Made by a program: the position numbers and the translations under genes
DNA from: Promethearchaeota archaeon
Lineage (GTDB): Archaea; Asgardarchaeota; Lokiarchaeia; Sigyniarchaeales; SOKP01
Length of the DNA: 64,000 bases
Direction of reading: 5' to 3'
Assembly (NCBI GenBank): GCA_030599585.1
Contig: JAUVNS010000006.1
Location: 224,001-288,000, forward strand
The notes under the pieces: generated by a model
Told to the model about the DNA's origin: nothing
Seen by the model: the letters and a program-made list of their open reading frames with translations, nothing else
Databases searched by the model: none
In this document: positions 31,831 through 42,408 of the stretch, piece by piece
How the letters are laid out: each line of letters begins with the position of its first letter
How positions within the stretch are numbered: the first letter of the stretch is position 1

Positions 31831-32697
31831 ATGAAGTCAAACGGATGGATAATTGAGCTAACTGAGTTTACAGACCCATATTGTACTTGGTGTTGGGCCT
31901 CAGAACCAATTTTAAGAAAAATTAAAGAGCTCTATGGAGATCAGGTAAAAATAACCTTTAAAATGGGAGGTTTAGTAGATGATATAAAAACATTTTCCGA
32001 TCCATCAAATCAAATAGGTGGCGAGACGATGTTTGATCAAATTGCTGACCATTGGGAAGAAGCTTCATCTATCCATGGAATGCCGGTAGAGGCAAACATA
32101 TTTAGGGAACTTAAGGATAAATTCCGATCCACTCACCCGGCTAATATAGCATATAAAGCCGCACAATTACAAGATAAAGAATTAGCGGACAAATTTTTAA
32201 GGAGATTAAGAGAAGCCGCTGCTGCGGAGAGTAAAGAAATCCATCGAACTGAGGTTCAATTAGATTTAGCAAAAGAAGTTGGATTAGATCCAAAGAAATT
32301 TTTGGAAGCAATTGAAAGTGGGCACGCAAATGATAATTTCTTAGAAGAGCTAAAGGAAGTTAGGAGTCAAGGAATAACTGGTTTTCCGACTTTTAAAATT
32401 TCTAATCAAAAAGGGGAAGCAACTTATTTAAATGGCTTCAGAAGTTTTGAAGTGCTGGAATCAGCTTTCAGCAGATTAAGTAATGGAAAAGAGCTTAAAA
32501 AACGAGAAATACCTCTTAATGATGAAAACATCATTAATTTTATCAGAAAATACCGAAAAGTTGCCACTCAAGAAGTTGCAACTCTGTTTGGTATCAGTAA
32601 AAAAAATGCTAATGATTACCTCGTATTATTAGAACATAAAAATCATGTAAAATCCATAAAAGCTGGTAATGATTTTTTTTGGGAAATCATGCCTTAA
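31831..32697 (+). CDS. DsbA/FrnE-like thioredoxin-fold protein (YjbH/SpxH-like)
   Basis: FTDPYCTWCW, GFPTF and a C-terminal wHTH-like tail. Confidence 0.85.
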   Translation: MKSNGWIIELTEFTDPYCTWCWASEPILRKIKELYGDQVKITFKMGGLVDDIKTFSDPSNQIGGETMFDQIADHWEEASSIHGMPVEANIFRELKDKFRSTHPANIAYKAAQLQDKELADKFLRRLREAAAAESKEIHRTEVQLDLAKEVGLDPKKFLEAIESGHANDNFLEELKEVRSQGITGFPTFKISNQKGEATYLNGFRSFEVLESAFSRLSNGKELKKREIPLNDENIINFIRKYRKVATQEVATLFGISKKNANDYLVLLEHKNHVKSIKAGNDFFWEIMP

Positions 32698-32833
32698 TCA
32701 ACCAAAAGGTTTTTGATAATCCACTTCTCATCTGGTATATTTTATTGTAAATTCAGAAAAATCGATTTTTTATAAAAAGTTATATAGATTTGAAGTATAC
32801 ATACATATTATCCATTTGAGGTAATCAAAAACG

Positions 32834-33466
32834 ATGTATGATGCTAATTTTAAAATCTTATTATTTGGTGACGATACTGAAGGGAAAAAGACATTCACAC
32901 AGAAATTTATGATTAACTTATTTTCCGAAGGTCATGAGGATACGATAGGTGTGGATTTCGAAGTGAAAAGTCTTTTAGTAGATGAATATAAGATAAAATT
33001 ACAGATATGGGATATTAGTGGCGAAGGAAGATTTAGATCTTTCCTTCCGACTTACATTAGCCACGCTCGAGGGGGTTTATTTGTTTACGATGTCACTGAG
33101 AAATCTTCTCTTACTAATATTGATTTTTGGCTTGATATTGTTAAGAAAGACCTTACGGAAGAGAAAACTTTTCCAATAATAGCTGTGGGGATTATCCCAG
33201 ACTCAGAAAAGGAAAGACAAATATTTTATGAGGAGGGTTTAAAATTAGCCGAATTCCATAGATTAGATGGTTTTATTGAATGCAACGTAAAATCAGGGGA
33301 GAAAATAGAAAAATTGTTTGGAGCAATCTCAAAATTAATGTTAGAACGCTCTCCTCCTCCAACAGAACCTGCAATCGCTAAATCGTCGCGAAAAGCGAAG
33401 AAGAATGCTTTAATTGCGAAGAAAAAGAGAAAAAAAGAGAAAAAAAATCGAAAATCAAAACAATAA
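32834..33466 (+). CDS. Rab-like small GTPase with degenerate G1/G4 and polybasic tail
   Basis: FKILLFGDDTEGKKT, TIGVDF, LQIWDISGEGRF; G4 replaced by VGIIPD; tail KKKRKKEKKNRKSKQ. Confidence 0.88.
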   Translation: MYDANFKILLFGDDTEGKKTFTQKFMINLFSEGHEDTIGVDFEVKSLLVDEYKIKLQIWDISGEGRFRSFLPTYISHARGGLFVYDVTEKSSLTNIDFWLDIVKKDLTEEKTFPIIAVGIIPDSEKERQIFYEEGLKLAEFHRLDGFIECNVKSGEKIEKLFGAISKLMLERSPPPTEPAIAKSSRKAKKNALIAKKKRKKEKKNRKSKQ

Positions 33467-33529
33467 AGCATTTACCAAAATTATTCAGACATAAAACCTT
33501 ATTCTATATAAAAACCAGATGGATAAAAA

Positions 33530-34012
33530 ATGTCAAAAATATTGATAGTTTACTATTCTCTGACGGGCAATACGCAGTTTATTGCTGAATCCCTAAGGGA
33601 TACAATTGAAGCCGATATTCTTGAATTAAAGCCTATCAAAGAGCTTAAAGCTAATAGTGGTACGAGATTTATGTGGGGCGGATATCAGTCTACAATGAAA
33701 AAAAAACCAAAATTAATGGAGTTTGATATTAATCCCCTCGAATATGACTTTTTAATTCTAGGAACACCGGTGTGGGCGTGGAATATAAGTCCACCTATGC
33801 GCTCATTCTTGTCGAAGTTTGACCTCACCGGTAAAAAAGTAGCACTTTGGATGTGTCACGCAGGAGATGGGGTAAAGGCAATGGAAAGATTTAGGGAAGC
33901 TCTAAAAAATTCCAACATAGTAGAGAGTATTTCTTTTCAGCAACCATTGAAGAAAGAATCCGATGTAAATAAGGAAAAAGCTATCGTTTGGATTAAGGGT
34001 GTTGACAAATAA
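33530..34012 (+). CDS. Flavodoxin
   Basis: YYSLTGNT, LGTPVWAW. Confidence 0.9.
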   Translation: MSKILIVYYSLTGNTQFIAESLRDTIEADILELKPIKELKANSGTRFMWGGYQSTMKKKPKLMEFDINPLEYDFLILGTPVWAWNISPPMRSFLSKFDLTGKKVALWMCHAGDGVKAMERFREALKNSNIVESISFQQPLKKESDVNKEKAIVWIKGVDK

Positions 34013-34093
34013 GGAGCCCGAAAATTGGGTAACTCAGACACAATATAATACACTTGGAAGTGGAGAAAAAAAAAAAAAAAAACTAAAGCAATA

Positions 34094-34933
34094 TTATTCC
34101 TTTAGGTATTTGAATATAACATCTAAGTCGTTTAATCTGTCAATGGGTTTAAAAATAATATCATCTGCTCCTGTCTCTGTTAAAATTTCCTCCTTTTCTT
34201 TTTCTGAAAAGGCAGCGGATATTAAAATTATTGGAATTGAATTGTACTGAATGCTTGATTTTAGCATTTGGCAGAATTTGTCTCCATTTATATTGCTGGT
34301 TTTTAAATTTATGTCAAGTAATATTGCTTCAGGAGTTAAAGTCTTCAGTACGTACAAGGCTTCGTCAGAAGTCTCCAGTGATTTAATATCTACGCCCTTT
34401 GCTTTAAAGAAATGATCAACGGTTCGACGCTCTAATTCATTGTCTTCAATATATAAAAGATCAATTTTTTTTACAAATCTTACTATATTAGGCTCTTCAA
34501 AATGTCGCTTCACAGAAATTTCTAAATCTTCTAGAGCGCTTATTGCATTCAGAATACCCTCTTGGATTTTTTCTTTATCATCAACATAATTATTTAACAT
34601 TAACAATGATACTTTGAGAGGCGAAATCTTTTGTTTTAATTCTTCGTGAAAGCTATTTCCAATTTCGTATCCCTTAATTGCCTTTCTGATTAAATTATCA
34701 AGTTCGATTTCGTCATAACTTTGAGGATCGTCATGTGATTTTTTCTGAAATATAGCAATTAGGTAATCAATACAATAATTCACGCAATTTCTTATGATTT
34801 TCGCTTGGTTGTTTATCTTATATTCTTCCATGAAATCTTTTAATTTGGAGTCAAGATAAGAATCTACATAAGTATACCATTTTATGTCCTTCTTCAATTT
34901 ACCTGATTTCATATTTTCATAATTATCTGTCAT
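34094..34933 (-). CDS. Response regulator with C-terminal receiver domain
   Basis: IEDN, LLDINL (phosphoacceptor Asp), ISA, KP. Confidence 0.88.
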   Translation of the reverse strand: MTDNYENMKSGKLKKDIKWYTYVDSYLDSKLKDFMEEYKINNQAKIIRNCVNYCIDYLIAIFQKKSHDDPQSYDEIELDNLIRKAIKGYEIGNSFHEELKQKISPLKVSLLMLNNYVDDKEKIQEGILNAISALEDLEISVKRHFEEPNIVRFVKKIDLLYIEDNELERRTVDHFFKAKGVDIKSLETSDEALYVLKTLTPEAILLDINLKTSNINGDKFCQMLKSSIQYNSIPIILISAAFSEKEKEEILTETGADDIIFKPIDRLNDLDVIFKYLKE

Positions 34934-34939
34934 TCAACA

Positions 34940-35680
34940 TCACCTTCTTTTTTTTGCTAACGGAATTAAGATTATGAAATTGCTACCCTTCGTCGAATCT
35001 CCATTTATACGATTTTCAACCCAAATGGATCCGCCGTATAATTCTATTAATTTAGCAACTAATGATAGCCCGATTCCCATACCTTTAGAATGCCTGCTTT
35101 TCATATGAGTTTCTTGGAAGATTATCTCTTTTCTAGCGTCATCGATACCTATGCCGTTGTCTTTGAACTCGATCTTTACGCAGTTTTCATAGTGAATATC
35201 AATCACAGAACATAGTACTTCTATATGGACAACTTCATTTTTGTTGTATTTAATAGAATTTATAATTATGTTTTCAAATACTTCACTCAATAGCTCATTT
35301 GCCATAGTGTAAAGGTTTTCGTAGTCAGAGCTAATCCTAATGTCAATATCCTTTTTAGGAAAACTAATACAAGTAAAATTGATCGCATTTTTTAACTCAG
35401 TAAATACTTCCACAGGTGCTAAAGGCATTTCGTATTCTTCTAACTCTGAAAGATTTCTAACATTTCTAATTAACTTCTTACCTCTAGTTAATTGTTTTGC
35501 AATCATTTGAAAATACTCCGAGAGATCCTTCATTTTTATTTCCTCTTTTAGCAGCGATTCACAGAGCTCTATAGAATTACTGATTATCTGGAATAAATTT
35601 GAAATATCGTGTATAAATAACCCTTTAACGCATTTGCTTCTGAAATACGCATCCTGATAAACATTTTCTACATCTTGCAT
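34940..35680 (-). CDS. Histidine kinase (HisKA + HATPase) without sensor domain
   Basis: H-box FIHDISN, N-box NIIINSIKY, DNGIGI, GMGIGL, GSNF. Confidence 0.92.
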   Translation of the reverse strand: MQDVENVYQDAYFRSKCVKGLFIHDISNLFQIISNSIELCESLLKEEIKMKDLSEYFQMIAKQLTRGKKLIRNVRNLSELEEYEMPLAPVEVFTELKNAINFTCISFPKKDIDIRISSDYENLYTMANELLSEVFENIIINSIKYNKNEVVHIEVLCSVIDIHYENCVKIEFKDNGIGIDDARKEIIFQETHMKSRHSKGMGIGLSLVAKLIELYGGSIWVENRINGDSTKGSNFIILIPLAKKRR

Positions 35681-35865
35681 AATTTTTCTACTTTTCTTTT
35701 TGAATTGTGTGTTATTTTAAAGTAGAATAAGGTTCGTTTAATAGTTTTTATTGCGAAACTTAGCACAAAGTTCGAATATTATTCTAAGTAAGGAATAATT
35801 TAAATAGTTTCAAAACCATATTATTATTAATGGATACAACTTGCTCGAGCAAAATGAGATAAATT

Positions 35866-38340
35866 GTGACTGTAATTAATTATCCTCCCGAAGAGTTTTA
35901 TAAGGATATTAAATTTGGAAAGAAAGATTTTGAGCATATTATTCTTTGGATGCTCGCCAATAATGAAATGTCTCAATGGTCTGACTTTAAGCAAGATCCA
36001 CTCAGTTTTAAAGAGTCTACGCTTTCTAAATATTTAAATATGTTACAAAGTAAGGATTTCGTAGAAAAGTTTGTCCGAGGTAAATACAGGATAACAAGAG
36101 AAGGGCGCAAAAGATATCATGAGATATCAAGTACTCTTGGTGTGAAAAAAAAAAAAAACTATCCACCTGATATTATCACTAGAAGAAGAAACTACGAGGA
36201 TTGGATTCTTTGGATGGTATATAATAATAAATTTTGCAGGTGGTCACATTTTCTTGAACCTCCACTATCTATTAATCAATCATCGTTATCAAAAAAGATG
36301 AATCTCTTATTAAATAAAGAATTCGTTGTAAAGAAGAATAGAGAGTATAGTATAACTAATTCAGGTAAACTTCAATATTCTAAAATGCTGCAAACCTACG
36401 ATTTAGATAGACAGTCAATATTAAACGAAGAAAGTAAAAGAATTGACGAGATTACAAGATCGACAATAAAGTTTTTTGATGATTATAATGTAGAGGACGA
36501 AAATATTCAATTCAGGTATCTCACAACCATTTTAAAACTCGATTATGATAGAGTTAAGTCAATGTTAACAAACCAAACGGATTTTGAGAAAATAGTACTT
36601 TACATATCTATTAACCATCCTGATCAATACCCCGATTATATCTCACTTAAAGATTTTGCGGACATATATGAAATTAAACAACCAAAACTGGAGTATTTTG
36701 TTGATGAAATTGTGGAGAGTCACATCTATCCTATCAAATTTTTTACATTGAAACCATCATCAGAGTCTACTTATTATTTTCAAGAAAATGGGAAGGTAGA
36801 ATCGATGTTACGGACTATCACTGAGAACCACATTACAAAATTTACTTATCTAAACAGGTTATTTTCAAGCGCTTTCGACGCCTTCTCTATCGAAAAAGCT
36901 GTTTTAGAAGAAATTTGTGGATATTTTTTTGACACTGCCCTAAGAGATTCGTTAAGAAAATTCTTACCTATCTACATTAATTATCTCGCCTATAAAATTG
37001 AAGCAAAAGTTGAATTGAAAGAAACTTACGATAAATTAGATGCGATTATATGGCAAAATATGATAGACATTTTTCAAACAAGAAGTCATAAAGATTTAGA
37101 ATATCAATTCATGGGTCAAAGCGAAATAAATTATCAGTTAGATACAGTATTATTAGAATTACTTAAACCATATTACAGAGAGAAATTGGAGTCCCATGAT
37201 AAGGTATGTCAACATCTAATAGACAACAAAGAATATAATAAGGCTCTAAAGAGTATAGAAAACACTATAGAGTCAAATAAAAATGATAGGGTTTTAACAA
37301 TCGTTAAAGCGATCGTTCTATGTTATTTAAATAGAGATGAAGATGTGCTGGCATTGTTAAATGGGGAGTTAAAATTACCACATAATAAAGATCGAATCTT
37401 ACCTCTTGCCTATTTCATTACTGTTTTTTCAAGCCTAACTATTGGAGATTTCAACCGCGCGATAAAACTAGCAAATAAAAGTGTAGAAACTTATCCAGAA
37501 CATGCTCTTTCACATGTCACAAGAGGATTAGCGTTTGCATACAACTTCATTTACAAGTTTGAGGACGAAAAAGCAAAGCAAGATTATGGGTTAAACGATA
37601 TTGATAAGGCAATCGCTTTAGAGACCTTCAGCCCTAATAAAGCATTACTATTTATGTTAAAAAGCCGGATATTACTTGAATTAAACAAATATGAAGAATC
37701 AATTGAATTATTAGATAAGGCAATCAGTATTGTACCAACTAAAGTTGAATTATATCTCTCCAAGAGTGCTGTCCTCATGTATTTCAACGAGTATCCAAAA
37801 TTATTGGATTTACTAGATGACATGCTTAGAAAATTTCCAAATATTGAAAAGAATCTTAAAATGAAAAAAGCGTCTGTTTATAAACTGCTAGGAAACCTAG
37901 ACGCAGGGTTCAAAATTGTTGACGGATTACTCGAAAAAAATCCTAATGATAAAGAGTTACGCAATTTCAAAGCTTACTGGTATCAATATCTAAACAAAAA
38001 GGATGAAGCTTTAAATACTATAGAGGAACTTATTGAGTCCGAGCAAGATAACGGGGAATATTACGACTCATACGGTGAAATTTTAATGAATTACGAGGAA
38101 TATGAAAAAGCGGTGGAACAATTTCAAAAAGCAATTGATCTGAGTAGTAGTGGAAGGTTTTTATACCAGACTTACATTAAACTGGGTATCTGCTTTAAAG
38201 AACTCGAGAATTACGAATTAGCAATTGAATATCTAAAGAAAGGAAAAGAGTTTACATATAAGAGTATCAGTGATCATGAAATAAAACAAAAGTGGATAAT
38301 CATAGCAGATATTTTTATAACAGAGATGGAAAGCATCTAA
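35866..38340 (+). CDS. Tandem wHTH + TPR protein
   Basis: Two repeats ILWM..NN...WS.F...PLS...S.LSK; C-terminal TPRs (YYDSYGEIL, TYIKLGIC). Confidence 0.8.
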   Translation: MTVINYPPEEFYKDIKFGKKDFEHIILWMLANNEMSQWSDFKQDPLSFKESTLSKYLNMLQSKDFVEKFVRGKYRITREGRKRYHEISSTLGVKKKKNYPPDIITRRRNYEDWILWMVYNNKFCRWSHFLEPPLSINQSSLSKKMNLLLNKEFVVKKNREYSITNSGKLQYSKMLQTYDLDRQSILNEESKRIDEITRSTIKFFDDYNVEDENIQFRYLTTILKLDYDRVKSMLTNQTDFEKIVLYISINHPDQYPDYISLKDFADIYEIKQPKLEYFVDEIVESHIYPIKFFTLKPSSESTYYFQENGKVESMLRTITENHITKFTYLNRLFSSAFDAFSIEKAVLEEICGYFFDTALRDSLRKFLPIYINYLAYKIEAKVELKETYDKLDAIIWQNMIDIFQTRSHKDLEYQFMGQSEINYQLDTVLLELLKPYYREKLESHDKVCQHLIDNKEYNKALKSIENTIESNKNDRVLTIVKAIVLCYLNRDEDVLALLNGELKLPHNKDRILPLAYFITVFSSLTIGDFNRAIKLANKSVETYPEHALSHVTRGLAFAYNFIYKFEDEKAKQDYGLNDIDKAIALETFSPNKALLFMLKSRILLELNKYEESIELLDKAISIVPTKVELYLSKSAVLMYFNEYPKLLDLLDDMLRKFPNIEKNLKMKKASVYKLLGNLDAGFKIVDGLLEKNPNDKELRNFKAYWYQYLNKKDEALNTIEELIESEQDNGEYYDSYGEILMNYEEYEKAVEQFQKAIDLSSSGRFLYQTYIKLGICFKELENYELAIEYLKKGKEFTYKSISDHEIKQKWIIIADIFITEMESI

Positions 38341-38405
38341 TTCTAAAGTTTTATATAAAGAGACATTTACATATATATACTAAGACATAAATAAAGTTAA
38401 AATAT

Positions 38406-38954
38406 GTGAAGTTCAGTTTGGAAGAAGAATCTGCAAAGAAAAAGCTGAAGATTAAAGTTACCGTTATAGGAGACGGAGGTGTTGGGAAAACTTCCTTAAT
38501 TCAAAAATTCACGCAAGGTATCTTCAAAACTGATTATATTAAAACTATAGGAGCACAACTCACTCATTATGAAACGGAAATTGATGGATATAAGATTGAA
38601 TTAATGTTCTGGGACATAGCAGGGCAAGACAATTTCCATTTTTTACGCCCTTCTTTTTACAGATATAGTAAAGCAGCGATTATTGTGTATAGTCTAGAAG
38701 AAAATAATTTAGGTGAACGCAGTTTTGACCACATAGAATCGTGGTATAAAGATGTCAAACAATATTGCGGAGAGATTCCTGCTGTGGTTTTTGCCAACAA
38801 AGTTGACTTGATTAACGAAAAAAGTCTAGATAAGATAAAGATTCAAAATCTTGTAAAGGAACATAATTTCCTTGGTTATTATATTACCTCTGCCAAAACA
38901 GGGCAGGGACTTGACCAAGCTTTTAACGTTTTAGGTAAAGAAATACTAAGATAA
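38406..38954 (+). CDS. Rab-like small GTPase
   Basis: G1 GDGGVGKT, TIG, G3 WDIAGQ, G4 NKVD and G5 TSAK all intact; no C-terminal tail. Confidence 0.95.
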   Translation: MKFSLEEESAKKKLKIKVTVIGDGGVGKTSLIQKFTQGIFKTDYIKTIGAQLTHYETEIDGYKIELMFWDIAGQDNFHFLRPSFYRYSKAAIIVYSLEENNLGERSFDHIESWYKDVKQYCGEIPAVVFANKVDLINEKSLDKIKIQNLVKEHNFLGYYITSAKTGQGLDQAFNVLGKEILR

Positions 38955-39084
38955 CTAAATCGGCTTTTTCTTATTTTAAAATTTTAGATATCAATTTTAC
39001 CGACGACGTAGATATAAAAAATTACCTCTTTCTTGGATATTTTCAACCAATTTGAACAATTTTTGCTAGCCCCAACTATATTTC

Positions 39085-39186
39085 TACCGGTAAAAATTAG
39101 ATCTTACCAGTAAGTTTCAGTATAATGTTTATATTCAATATTCTACAAAGGTGATTTAACCATTATCAATAATTAAATTGATAATG
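39085..39186. promoter_or_regulatory. Candidate operator sites upstream of the beta-helix gene
   Basis: TACCGGTAA (39085) and TACCAGTAA (39105) lie 20 bp apart; perfect IR CATTATCAAT-N6-ATTGATAATG at 39161-39186. Confidence 0.45.
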
Positions 39187-39212
39187 AAATTTGAGAGAAA
39201 AAAAGAAGGCGA

Positions 39213-40613
39213 ATGAAAATGTCTAAAAAAGTACTAAAAATGAGTTTACTACTGGTAGCACTATCACTATCGATCATCATTCCTATATTCGCAGTATCTG
39301 TAAGCGCGAAGAAAGAAGGATATACCAGCGGTCCTGTATACATCAACGACGCCCTTCCTTGGGCTTCTTGGGAATATTGGAGCGCGCAACCGTGGTTAGA
39401 GGGTTCTGGTACCGAAGAGGCCCCCTATGTGATTAAGGATTTAGTCATTGATGTGAGTGGATCTCAATTTGCCATGATGATTCAAGATTCAAACGCGCAT
39501 TTTAAAATAATGAAAAGCACTTTTAGTAACGGTGGTATTGAAGGAGAAAGAACTGCAGGACTCGTATTAGTTAACACGCAAAACGGTGTAATCTTTAAAA
39601 ACACCTTTGTTAATAACGTTGGAGCGGGAATTGCCGTAATTGGTTGCTTAAACGTCAAGGTTCAAAAGAACCTTTGTAGCGAAAATGGCGTTGGAATTTA
39701 CATTGAATGGGGTATGTATACTTCCATTAAACAAAACGACTGCAACAACAACTTTGATTCGGGGATCGTTATAGCGTCAGCCCATAAAAATATAATAGAG
39801 AAGAATGACTGCTATGGAAACGCTGGAGCTGGTATTTCCTTAATAAATGTGGGTGAACCAGAACATTCTCCCAAGGATAACATCATTTACGCAAATACTA
39901 TTGAAAATAATAACGCAGGGGTTTATTCAGATGACGCAGACATAAATGACATCTTAAGAAACACGATTGCGGGCAACTTCTATGGAATCTTGTTTGGTTC
40001 TGGATCAGAAGGAAATACAGTTTACCATAACAATATTATAGATAATATTGTCCAGAAAGTTGATTTTCAACCGTGGATGAACAATTGGCATCACCCTTAC
40101 ATGAATGAAGGAAATTTCTGGTCAGACTACACAGGAATGGATGAAGATGAGGACGGTATAGGAGATATTCCGCATGGACAGGATGTATATCCGATCATGG
40201 AAAAGAATTCTTGGGAATATCGGACTCCTATTGAGGAAGAGATTTTTAGTGGCCCTTCAAATCGTTTAGGAGCAGATCGCATCGTACGTGCTAACGAAAC
40301 TAGTTACATCTTTTATGGAGTCATGCAATTATTTTCAGAAAGAGTCAATGGAGAAGCTTATCCTCCCTACTCAGTTACAGCATGGTTCTATGGAGTAGAA
40401 GTTGTTCTCGAAGATTCTGTTTGGGAATTTCGAGAGGAAACCAACTACGACGAGCCCGGATTGGTGCAATTGCTATACATGAAAATACCTCCATATTATC
40501 TACTCGAAGCGGGACTTACCTACGGATACCACGAATACTACGTAGAAATAAGCTGGTACAATTCCGGGGAATTGATAGTTTTTGGCTTTACTACTGGTTT
40601 TACCTTAATTTAA
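39213..40613 (+). CDS. Secreted right-handed parallel beta-helix (NosD/CASH-like) protein
   Basis: Signal peptide; GSGTEEAPYVI; N..GI repeats; GNFWSDY.G.D...DGIGD.P. Confidence 0.88.
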   Translation: MKMSKKVLKMSLLLVALSLSIIIPIFAVSVSAKKEGYTSGPVYINDALPWASWEYWSAQPWLEGSGTEEAPYVIKDLVIDVSGSQFAMMIQDSNAHFKIMKSTFSNGGIEGERTAGLVLVNTQNGVIFKNTFVNNVGAGIAVIGCLNVKVQKNLCSENGVGIYIEWGMYTSIKQNDCNNNFDSGIVIASAHKNIIEKNDCYGNAGAGISLINVGEPEHSPKDNIIYANTIENNNAGVYSDDADINDILRNTIAGNFYGILFGSGSEGNTVYHNNIIDNIVQKVDFQPWMNNWHHPYMNEGNFWSDYTGMDEDEDGIGDIPHGQDVYPIMEKNSWEYRTPIEEEIFSGPSNRLGADRIVRANETSYIFYGVMQLFSERVNGEAYPPYSVTAWFYGVEVVLEDSVWEFREETNYDEPGLVQLLYMKIPPYYLLEAGLTYGYHEYYVEISWYNSGELIVFGFTTGFTLI

Positions 40614-40904
40614 TAACGGTCTTTACGACCTATTTTTTTTTTTATTTTTGATTTTGATACTTTAGTGGTAGTTCAAGCGGTATTTTGTGTCAATCTTAAA
40701 ATGAGTTAAACAATGATACTTTTGCTGATTTAAGGTAAAATTAACTACTTAAGAGCACTGATAATTTCAATTAAATGGTTAAAATCCATTCGTAAAGTGA
40801 TAATGGCCCGAGAAACCAATGTTTCATAAAAAATTATAAGATAATGAAATGAAGTCAAAATGAACAGATACGGTATTTAATTTAAGACTATTTAATTTAT
40901 AAGA

Positions 40905-41612
40905 TCAATAACCAACATAGTTTTCAGTTTTTACTTTTCCTTCGGGTATATTGAGCACTGAGGTTAGAATAGTCTTAATTGATTTAACCATAACGGGTGG
41001 CCCAGAAATAAACCAAATTCTGTCTGTTAAATCCAGAACTGATGATGAAATAAATTCAGCGTTAATAAATCCTTTTGGACCGTCCCAACCCTCTTCTGGA
41101 TCAGAGAGAATATGATATATTTTAAAACTATCTACTGAAATATGTTCTAACTCGTCCTTAAACGCTATATTAGTGGAGTCCCTATTACCATAGAGCAATA
41201 TTACATCGACGCGAGAGTGAGAGTCTAAAACCCATTTTATATTTGATCTGGCGGCCGTAATTCCTATTCCTCCACACACAAATACTATTTTTTTCATTTC
41301 TTCAGCTATAGTAAATTGCCCTGAAACTGTTGCTATCTTTACAGCCGTTCCAATTGTTAATTGATTTAATCTAATTTTGAAAGGACTATCACGGATACGA
41401 GTTGTGAATTCAATAAAGGGTTCAGAAGGAGAACTAGAGAACGAAAAATGGTGCATTATGCTCCCTTCAACTTCAGCGGGGATATATACAAAGAAGAACT
41501 GTCCCGGGAGATATTTAAAACCTTCAGGGGGATCAAATCTAAAACTCGTAATTTCAGAAGTTCTTTCGATTTTATCTGTTAATTTAACATTCCATTCCGG
41601 CATTTTTATCAA
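40905..41612 (-). CDS. FAD/NAD(P)-binding oxidoreductase (ferredoxin reductase family)
   Basis: YLPGQF, HFSFSSSP, GGIGIT, SGPP.MV, terminal ENYVGY. Confidence 0.9.
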   Translation of the reverse strand: MIKMPEWNVKLTDKIERTSEITSFRFDPPEGFKYLPGQFFFVYIPAEVEGSIMHHFSFSSSPSEPFIEFTTRIRDSPFKIRLNQLTIGTAVKIATVSGQFTIAEEMKKIVFVCGGIGITAARSNIKWVLDSHSRVDVILLYGNRDSTNIAFKDELEHISVDSFKIYHILSDPEEGWDGPKGFINAEFISSSVLDLTDRIWFISGPPVMVKSIKTILTSVLNIPEGKVKTENYVGY

Positions 41613-41799
41613 ATAGGATTAATTCAATTCAAAAAAAACATTAAAATTACATTTATTATTGATAATTTGTTCTCCGAATATAGTTATATCTCTTCTGATT
41701 CATAAAATCAATCTTTAAAACATGAATCTATTCTCATTATATCCAACTAGTCTCTTCCTTCTTTAAATCAAGACTAAAAAGTTAAAAAAAAAGGATTAA

Positions 41800-42222
41800 C
41801 TATTGTTCTTCAGAGTAGTTTATTTGCCATCCGACTCCAAACGAGTCCTCAAACATCATATACCACGAACCCCAGAATCTTTTTTCAAAAGGCATAATTA
41901 TAGTAAACTTCTTTTTCTGAACTTTTTCGTTTATTTTCTCTATTTCTTCTTTCGAATCCGTATTTATCAATACTTGTACGTTTCCAGAACCGGATTTTTG
42001 CATAGGATTATCAGATAACATTATGTTAGAGCCTCCTATATCAAGCACAGCGTGCATTGTTGAATTCTCATAGTCGAAATCGTCTGGAAAACCGAAGGAA
42101 TCACCACCCATTTCCTTTGAAAACGGCATATGATTCACAACTTTAGCTCCAAATAAATCTTTGTATAACTCTATCGCTTCTTTACCATTTTTAACCATTA
42201 AATATGGATTAATTTTTACCAT
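41800..42222 (-). CDS. VOC/glyoxalase family (PhnB-like) protein
   Basis: INPYL...EAIELY, MHA.L, FWG...DSFGVGW. Confidence 0.9.
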   Translation of the reverse strand: MVKINPYLMVKNGKEAIELYKDLFGAKVVNHMPFSKEMGGDSFGFPDDFDYENSTMHAVLDIGGSNIMLSDNPMQKSGSGNVQVLINTDSKEEIEKINEKVQKKKFTIIMPFEKRFWGSWYMMFEDSFGVGWQINYSEEQ

Positions 42223-42408
42223 TTTTTCACCTTTATCGTGTTAGATTTTAGTATTTGTTAGCAGTTTATTCGAAGTAATAAATCAATTCTCTATAAATTC
42301 TAGATATTGAAATAGATGTCATTCAAATTTATAATTGAAATTAAAAGTAAAATTATAAATAATGGAAAATGGAAAAAATTAATTCTTAAGAAAAACTTCG
42401 TGTGTTTA

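Noticed and set aside
33999-34250. 83-aa ORF with poly-Lys
   Set aside because: It reads through an A homopolymer (likely the minus-strand terminator of the response regulator) and overlaps that gene antisense.
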